Source: Tubiluchus corallicola
Taxonomy: Eukaryota > Animalia > Priapulida
NCBI GenBank assembly: GCA_030141605.1
Contig: JAQGDQ010000009.1
Location: forward strand, 1,426,001-1,490,000
Direction of reading: 5' to 3'
DNA length: 64,000 nucleotides
Shown: positions 41,970-56,014 of the stretch, in pieces
Position numbering within the stretch: the stretch's first letter is position 1
Layout of the letters: each line of letters starts with the position of its first letter
Notes under the pieces: generated by a model
Databases searched by the model: none
What the model saw: the letters and a program-made list of their open reading frames with translations, nothing else
Told to the model about the DNA's origin: nothing
Position numbers and translations under genes: made by a program

Positions 41970-42738
41970 CTGAAAAAATAAAAAAAAAGTATTAGGACAA
42001 GTGGTAGCCTTTCATTAATTATTGAAACTATAGTGAAGCAGTGAGCTAAACTGCGGTATAATCGCAGTGTTCCGCCATTTTATTAAACATACAAAAGTGT
42101 GCATTTCAAGAGGACAACTGCCTGCTGGTCAAAGGACTCTACATCAGGCCAACTGTCACTGAAACGGGTTGTGAATAACTTGTTTAACAACACGCTATTT
42201 GTTAGAGTCACATTAAACCGTTGCAGTATTGCAAACTGAAGTGTGTGTAAACACACCTATACACAAGGACTTCATTTTAGATAGGGACTTGGTAACTTTA
42301 GAAGTTCATATTGAACAGGGCTTACATGTAAGGGATAGTACCAGCAACATATGTCTCATTAAGCTTAGCACGCGTTAGTATTTGAATTTCAAAATCAGGA
42401 CAAGGTTTAAGTTGTTTATTCATATAAGCTCCTGCAAAAGCGCCAAGTTACATGTATATATGTAAACTAAAAATAGCCTTTAGTTATATCGGTTAATTCT
42501 AAAATGCAAATAGTAACCACGCATTTTTCCAGATACAAAATAAAATGTAGTTAAACTTACGTTTTGTAATAAATAGCGGTATTGCACATGTTAGGCCAAC
42601 ACTTCATTTTTTATTACAATTTATTTAAAAAGTAGGCTATATAAAATGAACCGCATGTAAAACTATAAAATTCGTAGTTTATGCAGCGTTATCAATGATT
42701 ATTTACATAAATATGTTAATACTATGTAATTGTCTTAC

Positions 42739-42820
42739 CCATCACACGCAAAAATACCATAATGCTTCCCGGAGGAATGATCCTGGCAAACTTTACAAGG
42801 AATGTCCAATAGAATCCGAC
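42739..42820 (-). CDS. NR2E1: TLX coding exon 2, zinc finger 1 ([28 protein letters not shown])
   Basis: Polypyrimidine+TAG acceptor, GG|GTAAG donor, 82 nt. The translation matches the NR2E first zinc finger. Confidence 0.96.
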
Positions 42821-44694
42821 CTACAAAAACAAAAAAAAAATTAATATCGCTAATTAAAGCCTGTACCGCGTATTAGATAAGCATCTCAAGAAGAGATTAT
42901 ATTTAGACATTTTTAAATGGATTATTTGATATAATATCTTATTTTTGCTGCTAAACAAGTTCCATGAATTTAGACTAATATTTTTAATTATTTTTACTCG
43001 TCAGTTTTTTTATTTGTATTTTTTAATTTTTATATACTTTAATTAGCGTCCTTGATTCATACTTTATTTTCTGCTTGTTCGCTTTGTCTAGCAAATTTTC
43101 TCTTATTTTTAGCGAACTTCTCGCAGTGGGGCGGCTTTTTAATTGTTTCCCAGGCCTACGTGATTGCATTTTGGCGAAATTTGGCTTTTCTGTGACCCTG
43201 ACAACAAAGTAAATGAAATTTGTGTGAAACGACCCTAATATCACGAGTGTGATGATTGCAGAACGCAACTTTATTCAGCGGAAAGTGTGAGACACACAAT
43301 AGAACCCTGTCGCACTCCATCTCTCCATTGAGATCAGATGAAACTTTGCTGATATCTGTTGACACCATAATTGCCGCCAGATAAAAGAAACTTGTTAAAT
43401 CTCTCGCCAGCTTACGCATAGAGTCGAAAAGGTAAAAACGGAGGATGCGTTTTGGAGTAAATCCGAGGGGATGACGTGTTTCCGGTACTTGGGCTGCTTG
43501 GCTCAAGGACGGGTATAAGCTGATTGTTTTCCGAGTGACAGGAGGAAAAAACTTCGCCTCTCAGGGCAGCCAGCCGCACTTGACTCGAGACCTGATAGCT
43601 CTTGGAATATTTGACTAAGAGATAACGTTCATGTATTAGCACAGGAAACACACATCGCATGTACTTACACAGTATTTAACCTGCTGTGGAAAAAATAGCC
43701 ACCAGTTGTTTACCGCCATTGTGTACACATTAATTATTACAATTTTTGGGAGGCCTATACCTACTGCGTTATAGGATTTTTGACACGATACTTTTTTTTA
43801 CTATTATGACTATTATATATTATAACGTGACGTACTTTTTGGCGCTTTTAATTTATCTTTGTCAGAAATTAAACGCTACTCTACGCACTATTAAGACACA
43901 CTCTTGTTTGTTTAACACGTCCGTAACGTGTCTGGAACTGCAAGCACCAGGACTTTGAAAACAGTCTTTTCAACTCTAATTTAGGTTAATAATTACTAGT
44001 TACAACTCTCCTTCTATTAAATATATTCGTTAGTAATTAGTATTGGGCTTGTTATGCTTCTCAATTTATATTTCATTAACACCGCGTAAGCGTAGCAATA
44101 CTGTACATTATAAAACCGCAAATCAGAACACACGCAGGTTATGGTGCGTCATAATTTTGTCTATAATGCCAGTACGAAGGCAATAGCTCGTACATAGACG
44201 AACAACATTTTCACACGTTCAATTTATAGGCCTGTACGTTAAATGTAGACGACTGGTCTTGTTATTTTCGCCTGATTAACAACAACGGAAGCTGATGTGA
44301 GACTGCGACACGCAAGAAAGAAGAAATTAAACGTGCCATCACGGTGTTTTAATTGTTATTTAATTGACTTTCACGCCAGTCACATTAAAAGCCGCGACTC
44401 TAACAATTCTCGCAAATCCTCCGCCGGAGGGCAGTAGTCAGGATCGCACATTTTTATACCACCCGGTAGTTGTAAGGTGGCGTGTTTTTCCAATGCTGGG
44501 ATTAATCATATTCCCATGTGAACAGATAAAGTCAGTGATAACAATAACTTTACTTTGCCTTTCTGATTCGCTGACAAACGAAAACTTAATTAGGGGATTA
44601 GTGCATGATTAGAGAAACCGAAATATTTTCTTTGCACACTTCTCTAAATTGCCTCATTATGAGATCTGCTTGACTAAATATAATGCACTGTTTG

Positions 44695-44743
<49 letters not shown>

Positions 44744-44860
44744 TATCTCTTTCTCTCTCCCCTTTGCTCTTTCTTTCTCCACTCTATCTTTCTCTCTCCC
44801 CCTCTCTGCTTCTTGATTTCTCCCCTCTCTTTCTCCGCGTTCTCTCTCCCTTTCTTTCTC
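44695..44860. repeat. (CT)n / polypyrimidine tract in TLX intron 1
   Basis: Visible directly. Confidence 0.9.
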
Positions 44861-47422
44861 TCATGTACTCTTTTTCACTTTTTTTCTCTTTTCTTTTTAA
44901 CTAACCGGTGCTATTAAACTTTGTCCATATATGACTTATGCGTGTGCTAGGCCTACGTAATATTACTTTTCACGCGGAAGTTGGATAAATTAATTTTTAG
45001 TCGAACTCAAAACAGTCAATTATTACGGTGGCTATCATAATCTCGACCTACATTTATCACATTAAAGAGCAGTTTTCAGAAAGTCGTTCTTTATTATAAA
45101 TCGCGTTTCTCAAAATTATTGAATCCGCCGAGCATTTACTCATCAATGTTGATTATTTATAAACGCTAGCTGTATGTCAATTACCATAAATGGCTAGTTA
45201 TGCCAGGATTTTACTTGCCAAACTGTCCTTGGCTGTTAAATACACTTCTGCACGATTTTTCTGCGTCAACAATTGAAAGAAATCAGGTTCTGAATCGAGA
45301 CCTTGATAAAGCAACTTCAGTTCGACTTGATTCATAACAATCTAGTGCATTAGCCATTTTAGAAAGTGTCGAACAATAATTGTAGAACAGACTTAATGAT
45401 TTCTGTTCGCACACAACACGCCAGGTATATTATCCTTTAAGTGCATTGTGAACGAGGCTTTATAATACCTATACACGTTCCCGTACTTCGCTGCTTAAAA
45501 ATACCTGCTCTTGTAAACTAGTTTTCACGTCTGAGGCAATTGTAACAACTTTATTAAGCCCAGTTAATTCTTAATCGTATTTCTTTATTTCTTAATTTTA
45601 TTTGTGTGTTCTATAACAAATATGGCCAACAGGGCTGAAAAATAGTTCACAAATTGCATTGCAGCTTAAACGCAAAACATGTTATACACGACTCGAAAAA
45701 TTAACTGGAATTAATCATGCGTATTTTAAATTTGAAACTGCAAATTACATAAACTGAAATTGCAAAATACTGAAATATAAGTTTTCCCTTTTTATCCACT
45801 GTACTCCATAATTAAATTGCTTACTTTTTATCTTTATTTGGTTGCATATGAAAGTGTGTTAATTTTATTAATTGAAATTATAAATAAGTACTTGTAAATA
45901 TGTAAATAACTAGTTGTCAAAACATTTATGAACGCGAAGACACGTATTGCAAAATAATAATTTAAAAGCAATTTAAGAAATGAAATATTATAGTCGTTCC
46001 TGTCTTTTGCATATTTTATTTTAAAAATATGTCTCCGTTGTGCGCATGTAAACAGGTAAGCAATATAGAGAGTATAATAGGATATCTCAGAAAATAAACC
46101 TTTAATGCGTGGCTTTAATGTTCCTATAATCTTAAAGAATTTCATTAAGTATTTACATCGGAAATTACATCAAATAGTTTAATGGGTACAAGAGATTATT
46201 TATTAATGAATAGATAAACAAAATATTTCCTCTAATTCTCTTGAAAATGATTGCCATTAGGTTTATGTTAGCATTTATGTTTATATATAGGTATATAAAT
46301 ATAGCTCTCTCTCTATATATATATATAAACAGGTATATAGTTATATTCCTGCTATATTTTAGCTATGTTCTCTTCTTATAATATCTATGGCTTAATTGTA
46401 AGAATAGTTTTGTGTACAAGCATAATAAATTAAAATTAATTATTAAAATTTAAAATTGCAAATAAAGATAATTAATTTACACAACTTTTTAATTTTAATT
46501 AAAATTTAACTATGTTCTAGATGTATAAAAGACTAGTAGTCATTAGTTTGAATATATACTAAGATGCTTTATATACTAAATGTTATAAACTTGTTTTTGC
46601 ACTTAGCATAATAGGATTAGGAAATAATTAAAAGTGACATGTTACATCTATACCTATTTTATTAAATTTATTTTTTTGTTCTTTATAACGCGAGGTCCAA
46701 TGCTTAACATATTCAAAAGCATTTATAAAAATACGTCGTTAAATTTACAGCAGTTTATTTGAAAAACTACGCTTAGAAACTTTAGACCCATCATTATGTA
46801 ATTCGCTACCCAGGAAAAAAATGCTCTTCTGTTCGAGAATCAGTAGGACTACATGCTTTCATTCAAACACACACCTAATTAGTAATTAGCCTTTTGTTTA
46901 TTTGCCTATACAATTAGTGTATATACATATATGTATGTGTGTGTGGGTGTAGGCAAATAACATGTTAATACAATGTTAAAATGAAAAAATACACGTATAT
47001 ATAATTATGTAGAATGTAAAAAATACAGTACGTAGTCTCTAGTAAAATCATGCATAATATTCAGAAGGCAGTGTTCAATAATTATAAACATTTACTTATC
47101 GTATAATTAAAATATGGTTATGCTTTAGAAATTATTACTTTTTATTTCCAATTAATATCAGTGTCCTACTATTGTAAAAGCATTCCATAAGTGCTTCTTG
47201 CAAGCCCTACTTCAATTTCTTCCACCTATTAATTATAACTACAAGCAAACATTTGCTTTCGCATCATATGATATTGAGGAAACTCAATGAAAATTTTAAT
47301 TAACATTATAAAAACACGAAAAATCTTATAAATATCATTTCGAAAGCATCAAATATCAGTCTAAATGCCACTTGAAATACTAAAATAGCATGAAATAGCG
47401 CTACATAAAAGATATATCTTAC

Positions 47423-47474
47423 TTGATGTCGGTTTTGGCAAAGATGTGACAGGGTTGTTCATTGTCTCCACCAT
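47423..47474 (-). CDS. NR2E1: tailless/TLX (NR2E1) coding exon 1 (MVETMNNPVTSLPKPTS, phase 1)
   Basis: ATG at 47474 (second in-frame ATG at 47462), 52 nt, ending at an A|GTAAG donor. It joins exon 2 in frame to give ...[12 protein letters not shown], which resembles the TLX/tll N-terminus. It lies just downstream of a CRE/CCAAT promoter-like block. Confidence 0.75.
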
Positions 47475-47639
47475 CAAAATTCGCGTCGTAGTTCCAACAG
47501 TGTTGAAAAACAAATCCCACAACGAATGTGATGTATATACTACGTAGTCTATATATTAAAACAACTATATATTTGATATCTCTGCAAAGAGTACGCAAAA
47601 CGTTCCACTCAGGTATAACTAGCAGTTGAGTGAGCCCTT

Positions 47640-47870
47640 CTTACCTGAACAAGTACTGAAAACTCTGCTGATGACGTCACGCCCACCTGTTGGCACACGT
47701 CGTTGATTGGCTGCTGTCCGACGCCTGCTCGTCTCATAACTAAAGCTTGATGATTAGGGGTGGGGTAATGATCTTTACATTTAGGGTTAGTGGTTAACAG
47801 TACTTATAGGCGTGTGGAGGAGCTCATCAATCAATCAGCAATTAATGAAAGCATCCTGCGCTTTTTGTTT
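47640..47870 (-). promoter_or_regulatory. Putative TLX proximal promoter
   Basis: GC-richer block ~170-400 bp upstream of the ATG, with a perfect CRE TGACGTCA (47672-47679), a CCAAT box (47706-47710, minus strand), an E-box CACCTG and an Inr-like TCAGT (47655-47659, minus strand). Confidence 0.55.
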
Positions 47871-50433
47871 TGCATTGTTATCTCGGCTTCGTGAGTCAGT
47901 AATTTAAGACAAATAATTATCAGTTGCAGGCAGCTTAGTGTAGAATCGTTAAATACTCGGTAAATAAAAAAATCATTGTAATCATAGCAATGTCAGTTTT
48001 TATAAGAGAACGGTTACGTTTATTGTTTTTATTATGCGATTTGAAATAAAACAATTAATCAGTAAGCATAACCTGTATAATAGTTATATTTTATAGATTC
48101 ATTTTCGCTCGGGCGTCTTATTTGTGGAATTCTCCGCTAGAAAATTGTTTTCCTTAAAACTATTCAAAAAAAACATCAACGGGTATGTTTTGTCGTTAGC
48201 AAATTATTGATATGAATTCTGTTTGTCTGGACATGCACGTATGACTTTTGCTTTTACTGTAACTTCTCACATTGATTGACCTTTTGTCTTATTTGGGGTG
48301 ACAATTATAAAAAATAAGTAACAATCCGCATGCTAATAGCAGGTCTTGTAGTAATAAGAACGACAGTGCCAAGTTTATGACTCAAGTTTAATTTTCAAGA
48401 CGAGACATTTTTCAATGATGCGTGAACCGTTTGTTAAATTCATATCACGAAATAACAGCACTTTCCGATTATACATGTCATTACTTCACCGTTAAGATCA
48501 ACATCTTAGCAGGAATTAAGGCGTCTGGTCGGTGTTAATGTGCATCCGCTTTTCGGCGATTTAATTACGTCACACGTTTATCTTTCATCGTAATACGTGA
48601 TTTACATGAATTAGTTTTCTTGGGTAAAGTTTTATTAGCACTTTAGTTTATCTTTACACATGAGGTGGTTACGTCTAGAGGTCATTTGCATAAGTGAATT
48701 GTGCTCCTGGAATTTTAAATGCTTTGCTATTGGTCGCTCACCCGTTCATGGGTAGATATGAGGTTTCCGCTATTGACAGCAACAAATATTGCAGTTTTTA
48801 TTTCAACACACAAGTGTTTGATGAATAATTTTACATCGTTTGTTGTAATATACGTAGAATCCAGCTTATATTTGAGCAGTTCAGTATGGCATCGTGTAAC
48901 ATTTTGGACAAAGCGATTTCCCAATTGACAATATAAAGCAATTTTTCACATCTTTTATTTAAAAAGCAGTGCAAAAACAAAAGTTGCAAAAAATTTAATT
49001 ACGATTCATAAAAAATGGTCAGAGTGCTTTAAGAAAATGTGTGTACGAGTTGGTTTAAAGATATTTTTATCCTGGGAATTTTGGGTTTGAATACCCGAGG
49101 TATCATGTGCTTCCAATACCATTTTGTTGAAAAAATGTGCTTGTTGTGAAAAATACTCAAATTATGCAACAACAAATTAGTTAATGTAACAATTTAATTT
49201 AGTTTCTTAAATTTTAGAAATTTGTCAGCATTTTGAGCTAAGAATAATGAAAACACTCCGTCATCTTACAGGGGAATTTAGCAAAAAAGTCGGACAGTTA
49301 TTGTAAATTTAGTGGGTAAAACTCTTACTGTATAACATTGTTTCCTATCTATTTATTAATCTTTAATTAACGACTGTATAGTGTATACTGTATGTCTAAA
49401 TGGAAAAAATTCTAAAAGGTAAATAAAGAGGCTGATGTGATATTTGATGTAAGTACCGTCGCTTACAGAGAACTTGCCATTCTGAAACAAGAAGACAAAT
49501 GAAAAAAAGTTTTCACAGGCGTCATGGCCCAAACGATCCTTTCAGCAATGATTTGCGTAAAATTTTGTTTCGGACTCTAAAAATGACCACAAATAACGTA
49601 TTTATCATGACATTCACACTTATATAATAAATTAAATAAGAGAGGTGTAAAAATGAAAATTAAAAATACGTGAGCGACGAAAAATTATGTAAAGTGCAGC
49701 GAAGTGTCATGCAAGTACAAAAGTGTTCTGGTTTCAAACATCTAGATTTATAAAAAACACGTCATCTTTTACAATATCGTAAATCAAGGTATGTCTGATG
49801 TTAATACTCTTGATCTAAAGCTAAAACAAGTTTTCCTGTGTGTATATGAACAAAATGAGCAAAGAAATGTAACACATTCTTGATGCACTGCTGAATGTCT
49901 ACATTGAAATAACTTTCTGATACCATTGTTGCAAGCGACACGTAACTTACTAAGAGTGCTCTGGCTCTCTAGCTAAACTTAATTCATTGGAGAGAGCAAT
50001 AAAAATGCTCTGTCCTATGAATTAAGGCAATTAAGGACATTAGAGCAGTAGCTTTTTAAAAGTGTAATTTTTATATTAAACACTTCAGTATTAAAATATT
50101 GCAGCTAAAGCCTAAAATTTAGAAGTTCTCTCGATAGGGCGACATCGTCAGGAAAAGACTAGTAGGTGATATATATGTACATTTTCAAATCTGAAATTTA
50201 AATTTTTATAATGTAAAAAAACAGCTACAACACGTCATACACGTATGGCTGGTCGAGAGCCAAATGATGCGTCAGAAATTTTTTTCATTTATTTCCATTT
50301 CAATGAGATTATAAAGTTTTCTTCCGACTTGCTTCCTTTCTTCTAAACTGAAATAATATCTGATTGTCGACATGCGTGACCGACGAAAACAAAACTTAAA
50401 ACTCATACAGTATCGAATTCAAAGATTTCAAAC

Positions 50434-50438
<5 letters not shown>

Positions 50439-50509
<71 letters not shown>

Positions 50510-50525
50510 GTGCGTGCGTGCGTGC

Positions 50526-50561
<36 letters not shown>
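50439..50561. repeat. (GT)n/(GCGT)n microsatellite
   Basis: Visible directly. Confidence 0.95.
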
Positions 50562-50564
<3 letters not shown>

Positions 50565-53500
50565 CGTTATTAATGATTAGTTCATTGTTGATGCATTTCA
50601 TTTTGCTTATGAACTGATTTTCTATCTACATGTTATCATTTATGCGTTTCACCTAAAGAATACGGCTGCAACCACAGACCTCAGAAAAACAAACTGGCGC
50701 CCTGTATAGTAACCAAGTTCTGACTAATTTGATTTTTACATAAAAAAGCAAAAGTGTTAAGGCTCATAATGGCTGACTCGTGAGTGAGACGTGTGTGACA
50801 CACCTGTCTTGCTTTTACGATAGGTACAAGCAGATGGCCAAAGAATGCTGGCAGCCTCCAATACATAATCGGTGATAATTAGTAAATAATTACTAACATA
50901 ATAATAATTACTCCAGATTTTTTTCAAAAGAGCAACCGCAGAACAGCAGCAGTTTTGGCTTACCAATTTTTATGATGACAGGGGAAGACTGGAAGTAAAA
51001 AAATTCTCGGAATTATAGAAAATCTGGCAAACGTTTCAAGGGCATACAATGAACACATAAAAATAGGACTAGTAAGATTGTGAGGAAATAGTGAGAAAAA
51101 CCGAAATATAAGTCTTTGCCATTTACAAAAAACCCTGTGATCAGCAAAACCATTTCTATACGTGACATATACAGTATAGATGCAGCACGTTTCATGATTT
51201 TGGCAAATTATATTAAGAACCAAAATTCTCTGCTAAATTAAACTGATACTAATCAAAATACTAATAAACTGCAGAAATTGGAATTATACAGGCCATTACG
51301 TAACGGCGTAAGCTTTTCAAATATAGCAGTAACTATTTGGGGGAAGGTATCTAGTTTCCCAGAGACTCCTATTTGCTCTATTGTGTAGGTTTGCAACAGG
51401 CGTGCAACCAAACCATGCATTTGTCGTTCTGTGTACACCTCGCAAGACAAGTACCTCCCCCGTGTTTTGTTGTAACGCACGCGACTCACGCGGATAAAAT
51501 ACAGGTAAATTACAGGTAATTTTACGTCTCTGACAAAACGCGACGAAACCAATACGATTTAAACGACTTGCTTACAAAACACTGACTGCTGCAACACCGC
51601 CAATTTGCAGCCAAGCCGAGAAAATTTCCGTTAAATTAGAATTTTGTTTTCATTGAGCTTGACCTTTGGGATAAGAGCCGAGTCGCGAGCCAGTTAACCA
51701 TGCCAAAGCAAGAAAAATGATGGGAACATTAAAGTCAGCTAGTTGTGTTTATTTGAATAATATTATATAGGCAGCATAAAAGAAAATTAGCTAACAGGCG
51801 TGTTCAAAACTTTTTTGTTATTTGCGATGTACACCTGCTTTAAACTCGAATAAAGATTCGAATAACTTCAGACAATAGTAACTCTTTTACCATCTGTGAT
51901 AAGTTGCTGATGTATGATAATTGTAGTAAAATTGATACTTACAGAAACATTTGTAAACAAATATTCATGTTTAGAAATATACCTATAAACGTTACAGGCT
52001 ACAGTTGAACTTATATGTTGAAATACAGTTGAACTTGAAAGGTTAAAAACATTATAGTTTGCACTATTAGAAATCCTTTACGTCAAAAATCAAACGATTT
52101 TACACATCGTCAGACAATATCATTTATAAAAATTTTATTATTGTAAACAACGACATTTCAAGAATACACACACTCATGAATCGTTGTATAACACACTCAA
52201 CGTTATACAAATTGCAAAATAATTGTTTAAAATAATACAATTTCAATAAAATAATATTGTGGGATTTTGTGTAAAAAGAATAGCTTGCACTTTGCAGATT
52301 GTCTTACACGCAGGCATAGACGTTATTATTTATGCACAGCCTCCATAGCTTTGCATAAACTATAAACTTTAATTTGTATAAAGACTGGATTATATTAACA
52401 TAATTATAAGAGCATTTAATTTGCTATTGTTTCTTCGTTAATGGATCACAATTACATTACAAACAATAAAACTTAATCGATAAATCAATTAATTTGTCTA
52501 TTACTGATGTTAATATTTTTAAGTATAGTAAAGTTAGCTCAGATTTTAATTAACTATAGTAACTACTGAAGTAAATTTGTTTATAACCAGCAGTAGCGTG
52601 GCCTAAAGGCAGCCTACACTCTACATGTGGCTCGCATGTAATTTCTCCTTATAGAACTACGATGTACCTGTGTGCATAATCCAACTATAGCAAGGTTTTT
52701 CATTTTCGTTCGCCTAAGAAGCGAACATTTTTCTTTGCAATTTTTATAATTAGGTTGCCTATAAACTTTAGTGAGAGTAATTCCTTCATATTGCCTCAAG
52801 CTGATCTCCCATGCTGTTTCTTCATTTATACGAGTGTTTTTCTTCAATCTGCTTTACAAGATACAATCACTAACAGTCAGTTTCAGTGGCTGACTTTAGT
52901 TTAAAGTCTTTTGTTCAGTGACAACCGTGAGTTGTTCTTCTAGTAATCCTTGGATAATCTCCTCAACTCTAGTAAGAAAGTCAGAACCAATAGTTAACTT
53001 TACACGTTATGTACACGCTGCTGTCAAGACACACCCTGGGCAGATGTGTGTTAAGAGGGAAAAGCGAAAAAATACGCACAGAAATGTGTTAAAAATCTAA
53101 TGATGGCATTGTTGATGTGACTTAAGTTGTAAGTTCTGTTTTACGGAAAAGGTTTCGCCTAAACGAAAATTAAAATTTTCGATCTAACACTTGTGTCCTA
53201 ATGATAATATTATGTCCACAATTATTAGATTTTTGAAACTAGAAATGATGGAAAAGAAGGAAACGTCTGAGTCTGGAGCGAGTGCAGGTTTAAACCATGA
53301 ACCTTTGCATTCCAAGTCTGACGTCATGACCACTAGAGGTGACCCCTCCCCAAACAACTTCAACTGTATGATAACTTATTATCTAAGACTGAATGCCTTA
53401 GCACTTTTTATATCAGATTTCTCAGTTTGGGTTCACCCTTGGCAATTTTAAACCAGTTGTATTTTGATTACAAAAATGAAGGCATTTCAGTCTATTTTCA

Positions 53501-54026
53501 AAATATTTCGTTAAATGCCTGGCGCGAAGGTCGTAATGGTAATGCACTTGAGTTTGTGAAAAGTCATGAATTCAACATGGAGGATTTCACACCTGCAGAG
53601 CGCTAAATCTCAGATAAAATCGGGTTTTGCTCACGCCAGTTCACACTCGAGACAATATGGGTATTCTTCTAGCTACACAATACCTGATGTGAATGAGAGA
53701 TAATGTTTTAAAGGCAAGTGATGATGACTATAACTCCATTGTGGTGCTACACACTTCAAATGTTTTCATTGCCGATCGTTATCGCATCCTGTCTACATTT
53801 TCATTAGATTTTTACTTAACTTCACACATTTCGTGCCTGCCTGAAGAATGCATCCTAGTTAACTTTTTTACAAGCTATTTTTTTTGGTCGACCTGAAAGC
53901 GCGACCAGACGATTCGTCGATTTTGGTTGAAAACTGGGCTGCGTGAGTAGGAAGAAGTCATAATGATAGCAATGCTATGGTATATAGCAGAATTCATATA
54001 TATACACATATACTATATATGTATAT

Positions 54027-54089
54027 CTAGTTAAATTGATCGTTCTTAGGCTTAGAAATCTGAACTAGCGTCAACATAAATAGTAATTA
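54027..54089. repeat. 63-bp direct repeat, copy 1
   Basis: Matches 55310-55372 with 2 mismatches. Confidence 0.9.
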
Positions 54090-55309
54090 TATATATATAT
54101 ATATATATAAAATTCGTATATTCACGTGCGTGCGTGCGTGTGAATTACATGGTTTAAATTCGTCTGTACATCCTACCGCTATTTTATAACGTTTTTATAA
54201 ATATTTAGAAAACTATCTACAATCCCAAGTATAATACGTCCACACTGCAATAATTTCTGCAATATCTTAATCAAATTCAGTGTTATTTTATAGTTATTTC
54301 TTACCGCCATGCGGTTATAGTATATTATAAAAGAATAAGGGAAACATGTAGGGCTGTAAGGTCATGTGTTGCGCTCTCATTTGGCATTGTATTTTTCTTA
54401 TAGTACTGTTACTGTCCATGTGCGCGAAATAAAATGCTTCCTATTCTTATCCTGACTAATTTTTTGAAACGGCACGGGCAGCATTGTTTCAGCTTCAGCT
54501 TCAGAAGCAGTAATGGAAGCAAGAGGGTTGGCAACGATGCAACAGTATCGTCTACACATCAATGCCTAATAGTTACTGTCAGTCTGTCATACACAATGGC
54601 CATAACCACTTGTCAATGGCCAAAAGTTTTAAATTAACCACTCGCGTCATAGAGTTTTTTGCCGTCTATTTAGACCTATCGACCGGGTCGCTAAAAAGAT
54701 ATTTTACCATTACAAAGGTACCAAAGACATGGATTAAAAATTATTGTGACACTTTTTATAATAACAACTTTTACATATTTACAAGTTTCATTCACGACAG
54801 GTCATTAATACAATGCATTTAGTAGCAGGCATTACATGTGTGGGTTGTAAATTGTAACCTGACAATAGTTACAAATTGTGTAACACCCAGGCCTTTGCTG
54901 TTCCTGATTTTGGGCGGGGTTGACCGCTTTACTCAACTGCCTTTCTCCAGCTTTTATGTACAACTTGTTAAGAAGTCAATCTACTCTCTGTGGGCAACAA
55001 TGATCCTTCCTTTAAGGTAGGATTAGGCGGCTAATCCCAGTCCAGATCTCCCATGTGGGAAACAAAACCTCTAACTCCCGGCTTTCACTTTACATCAGAG
55101 CTGAGTGCCAACGGCATGCAGAGACTAAACAGACCCAGATTTAGATCCCACAGCATCTCTATCCTCCTCTACTTAAGTGCCCGAGAGGCGAGAAGTTTCA
55201 CGCGGAAATGAAAGGTTAATTGAAAAGTCATAAGCAGGTAAACACGCACCTGGGCTGGATTAGACCGCATCATTCTTTCCTGCTCTGAAAAGTTTTAATG
55301 ATTTCGCAA

Positions 55310-55372
55310 CTAGTTAAATTGATCGTTCTTAGGCTTAGAAATCTGAGCTAACGTCAACATAAATAGTAATTA
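55310..55372. repeat. 63-bp direct repeat, copy 2
   Basis: Matches 54027-54089 with 2 mismatches. Confidence 0.9.
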
Positions 55373-56014
55373 CAGACTGCAATGAAAGAATAACTACTGT
55401 ACGTAGCTGCATGCAGCTAGAAGGCTTTGCATTTTTTCACACAATTTTTTATAGATTGTCACTTGCATAAGCTAAAATTATTTAGTATTTTTTGTCCTTT
55501 GCGAAATGCTAAACGCCATTTTCTTTCAATTTAGCATAAATGATGTTCGTATGTTCCTTCTAAATAGACGATTTAAGGATTTATGAACGGATTTTCATCA
55601 CCAGGCATTACCCTTTGTTTTACAAACTCGTACAAAACAAAGGTTAACCGTCACTTAATGTGAAAGGCAACAAAATAGCATAACCAGTACGTCAAAACTT
55701 TTCAAAACTGGACAAACAGTAATGCTTTGATCGACAAGATTACAGGCTGTCTTGCTAGAAAAGCTTCTGTTAAATTTTTTCTGTTTTATCACATATATAC
55801 TGACACTGGCATTGGAGAACCAGCATTATGTAATAAATAAATAAAAATCAATGCATAAAATCCAGAGACATTGCTAAAATACCTTCGTTTATCAAATTAG
55901 CTTTAACCATGGGAATACGCTTACAGGGTGGTTCTCCATGCTGGGCGTATATATGTTATAAAATTATTATTTATTAACTTACCATAATTTCGACATTTTT
56001 GGAAAACATTTCAA

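Noticed and set aside
52614-52970. ITLTKVYRQPN...IVG peptide resembling a retrotransposon endonuclease
   Set aside because: Too few motif matches and the GDFN motif is absent.
53270-53350. tRNA-like A/B box remnants on the minus strand
   Set aside because: No intact cloverleaf stems. At most a very old SINE head.
37300-55230. Multiple AAGTCA (TLX-type) sites suggesting autoregulation
   Set aside because: An AT-rich hexamer is expected frequently by chance here, and no enrichment can be shown by eye.
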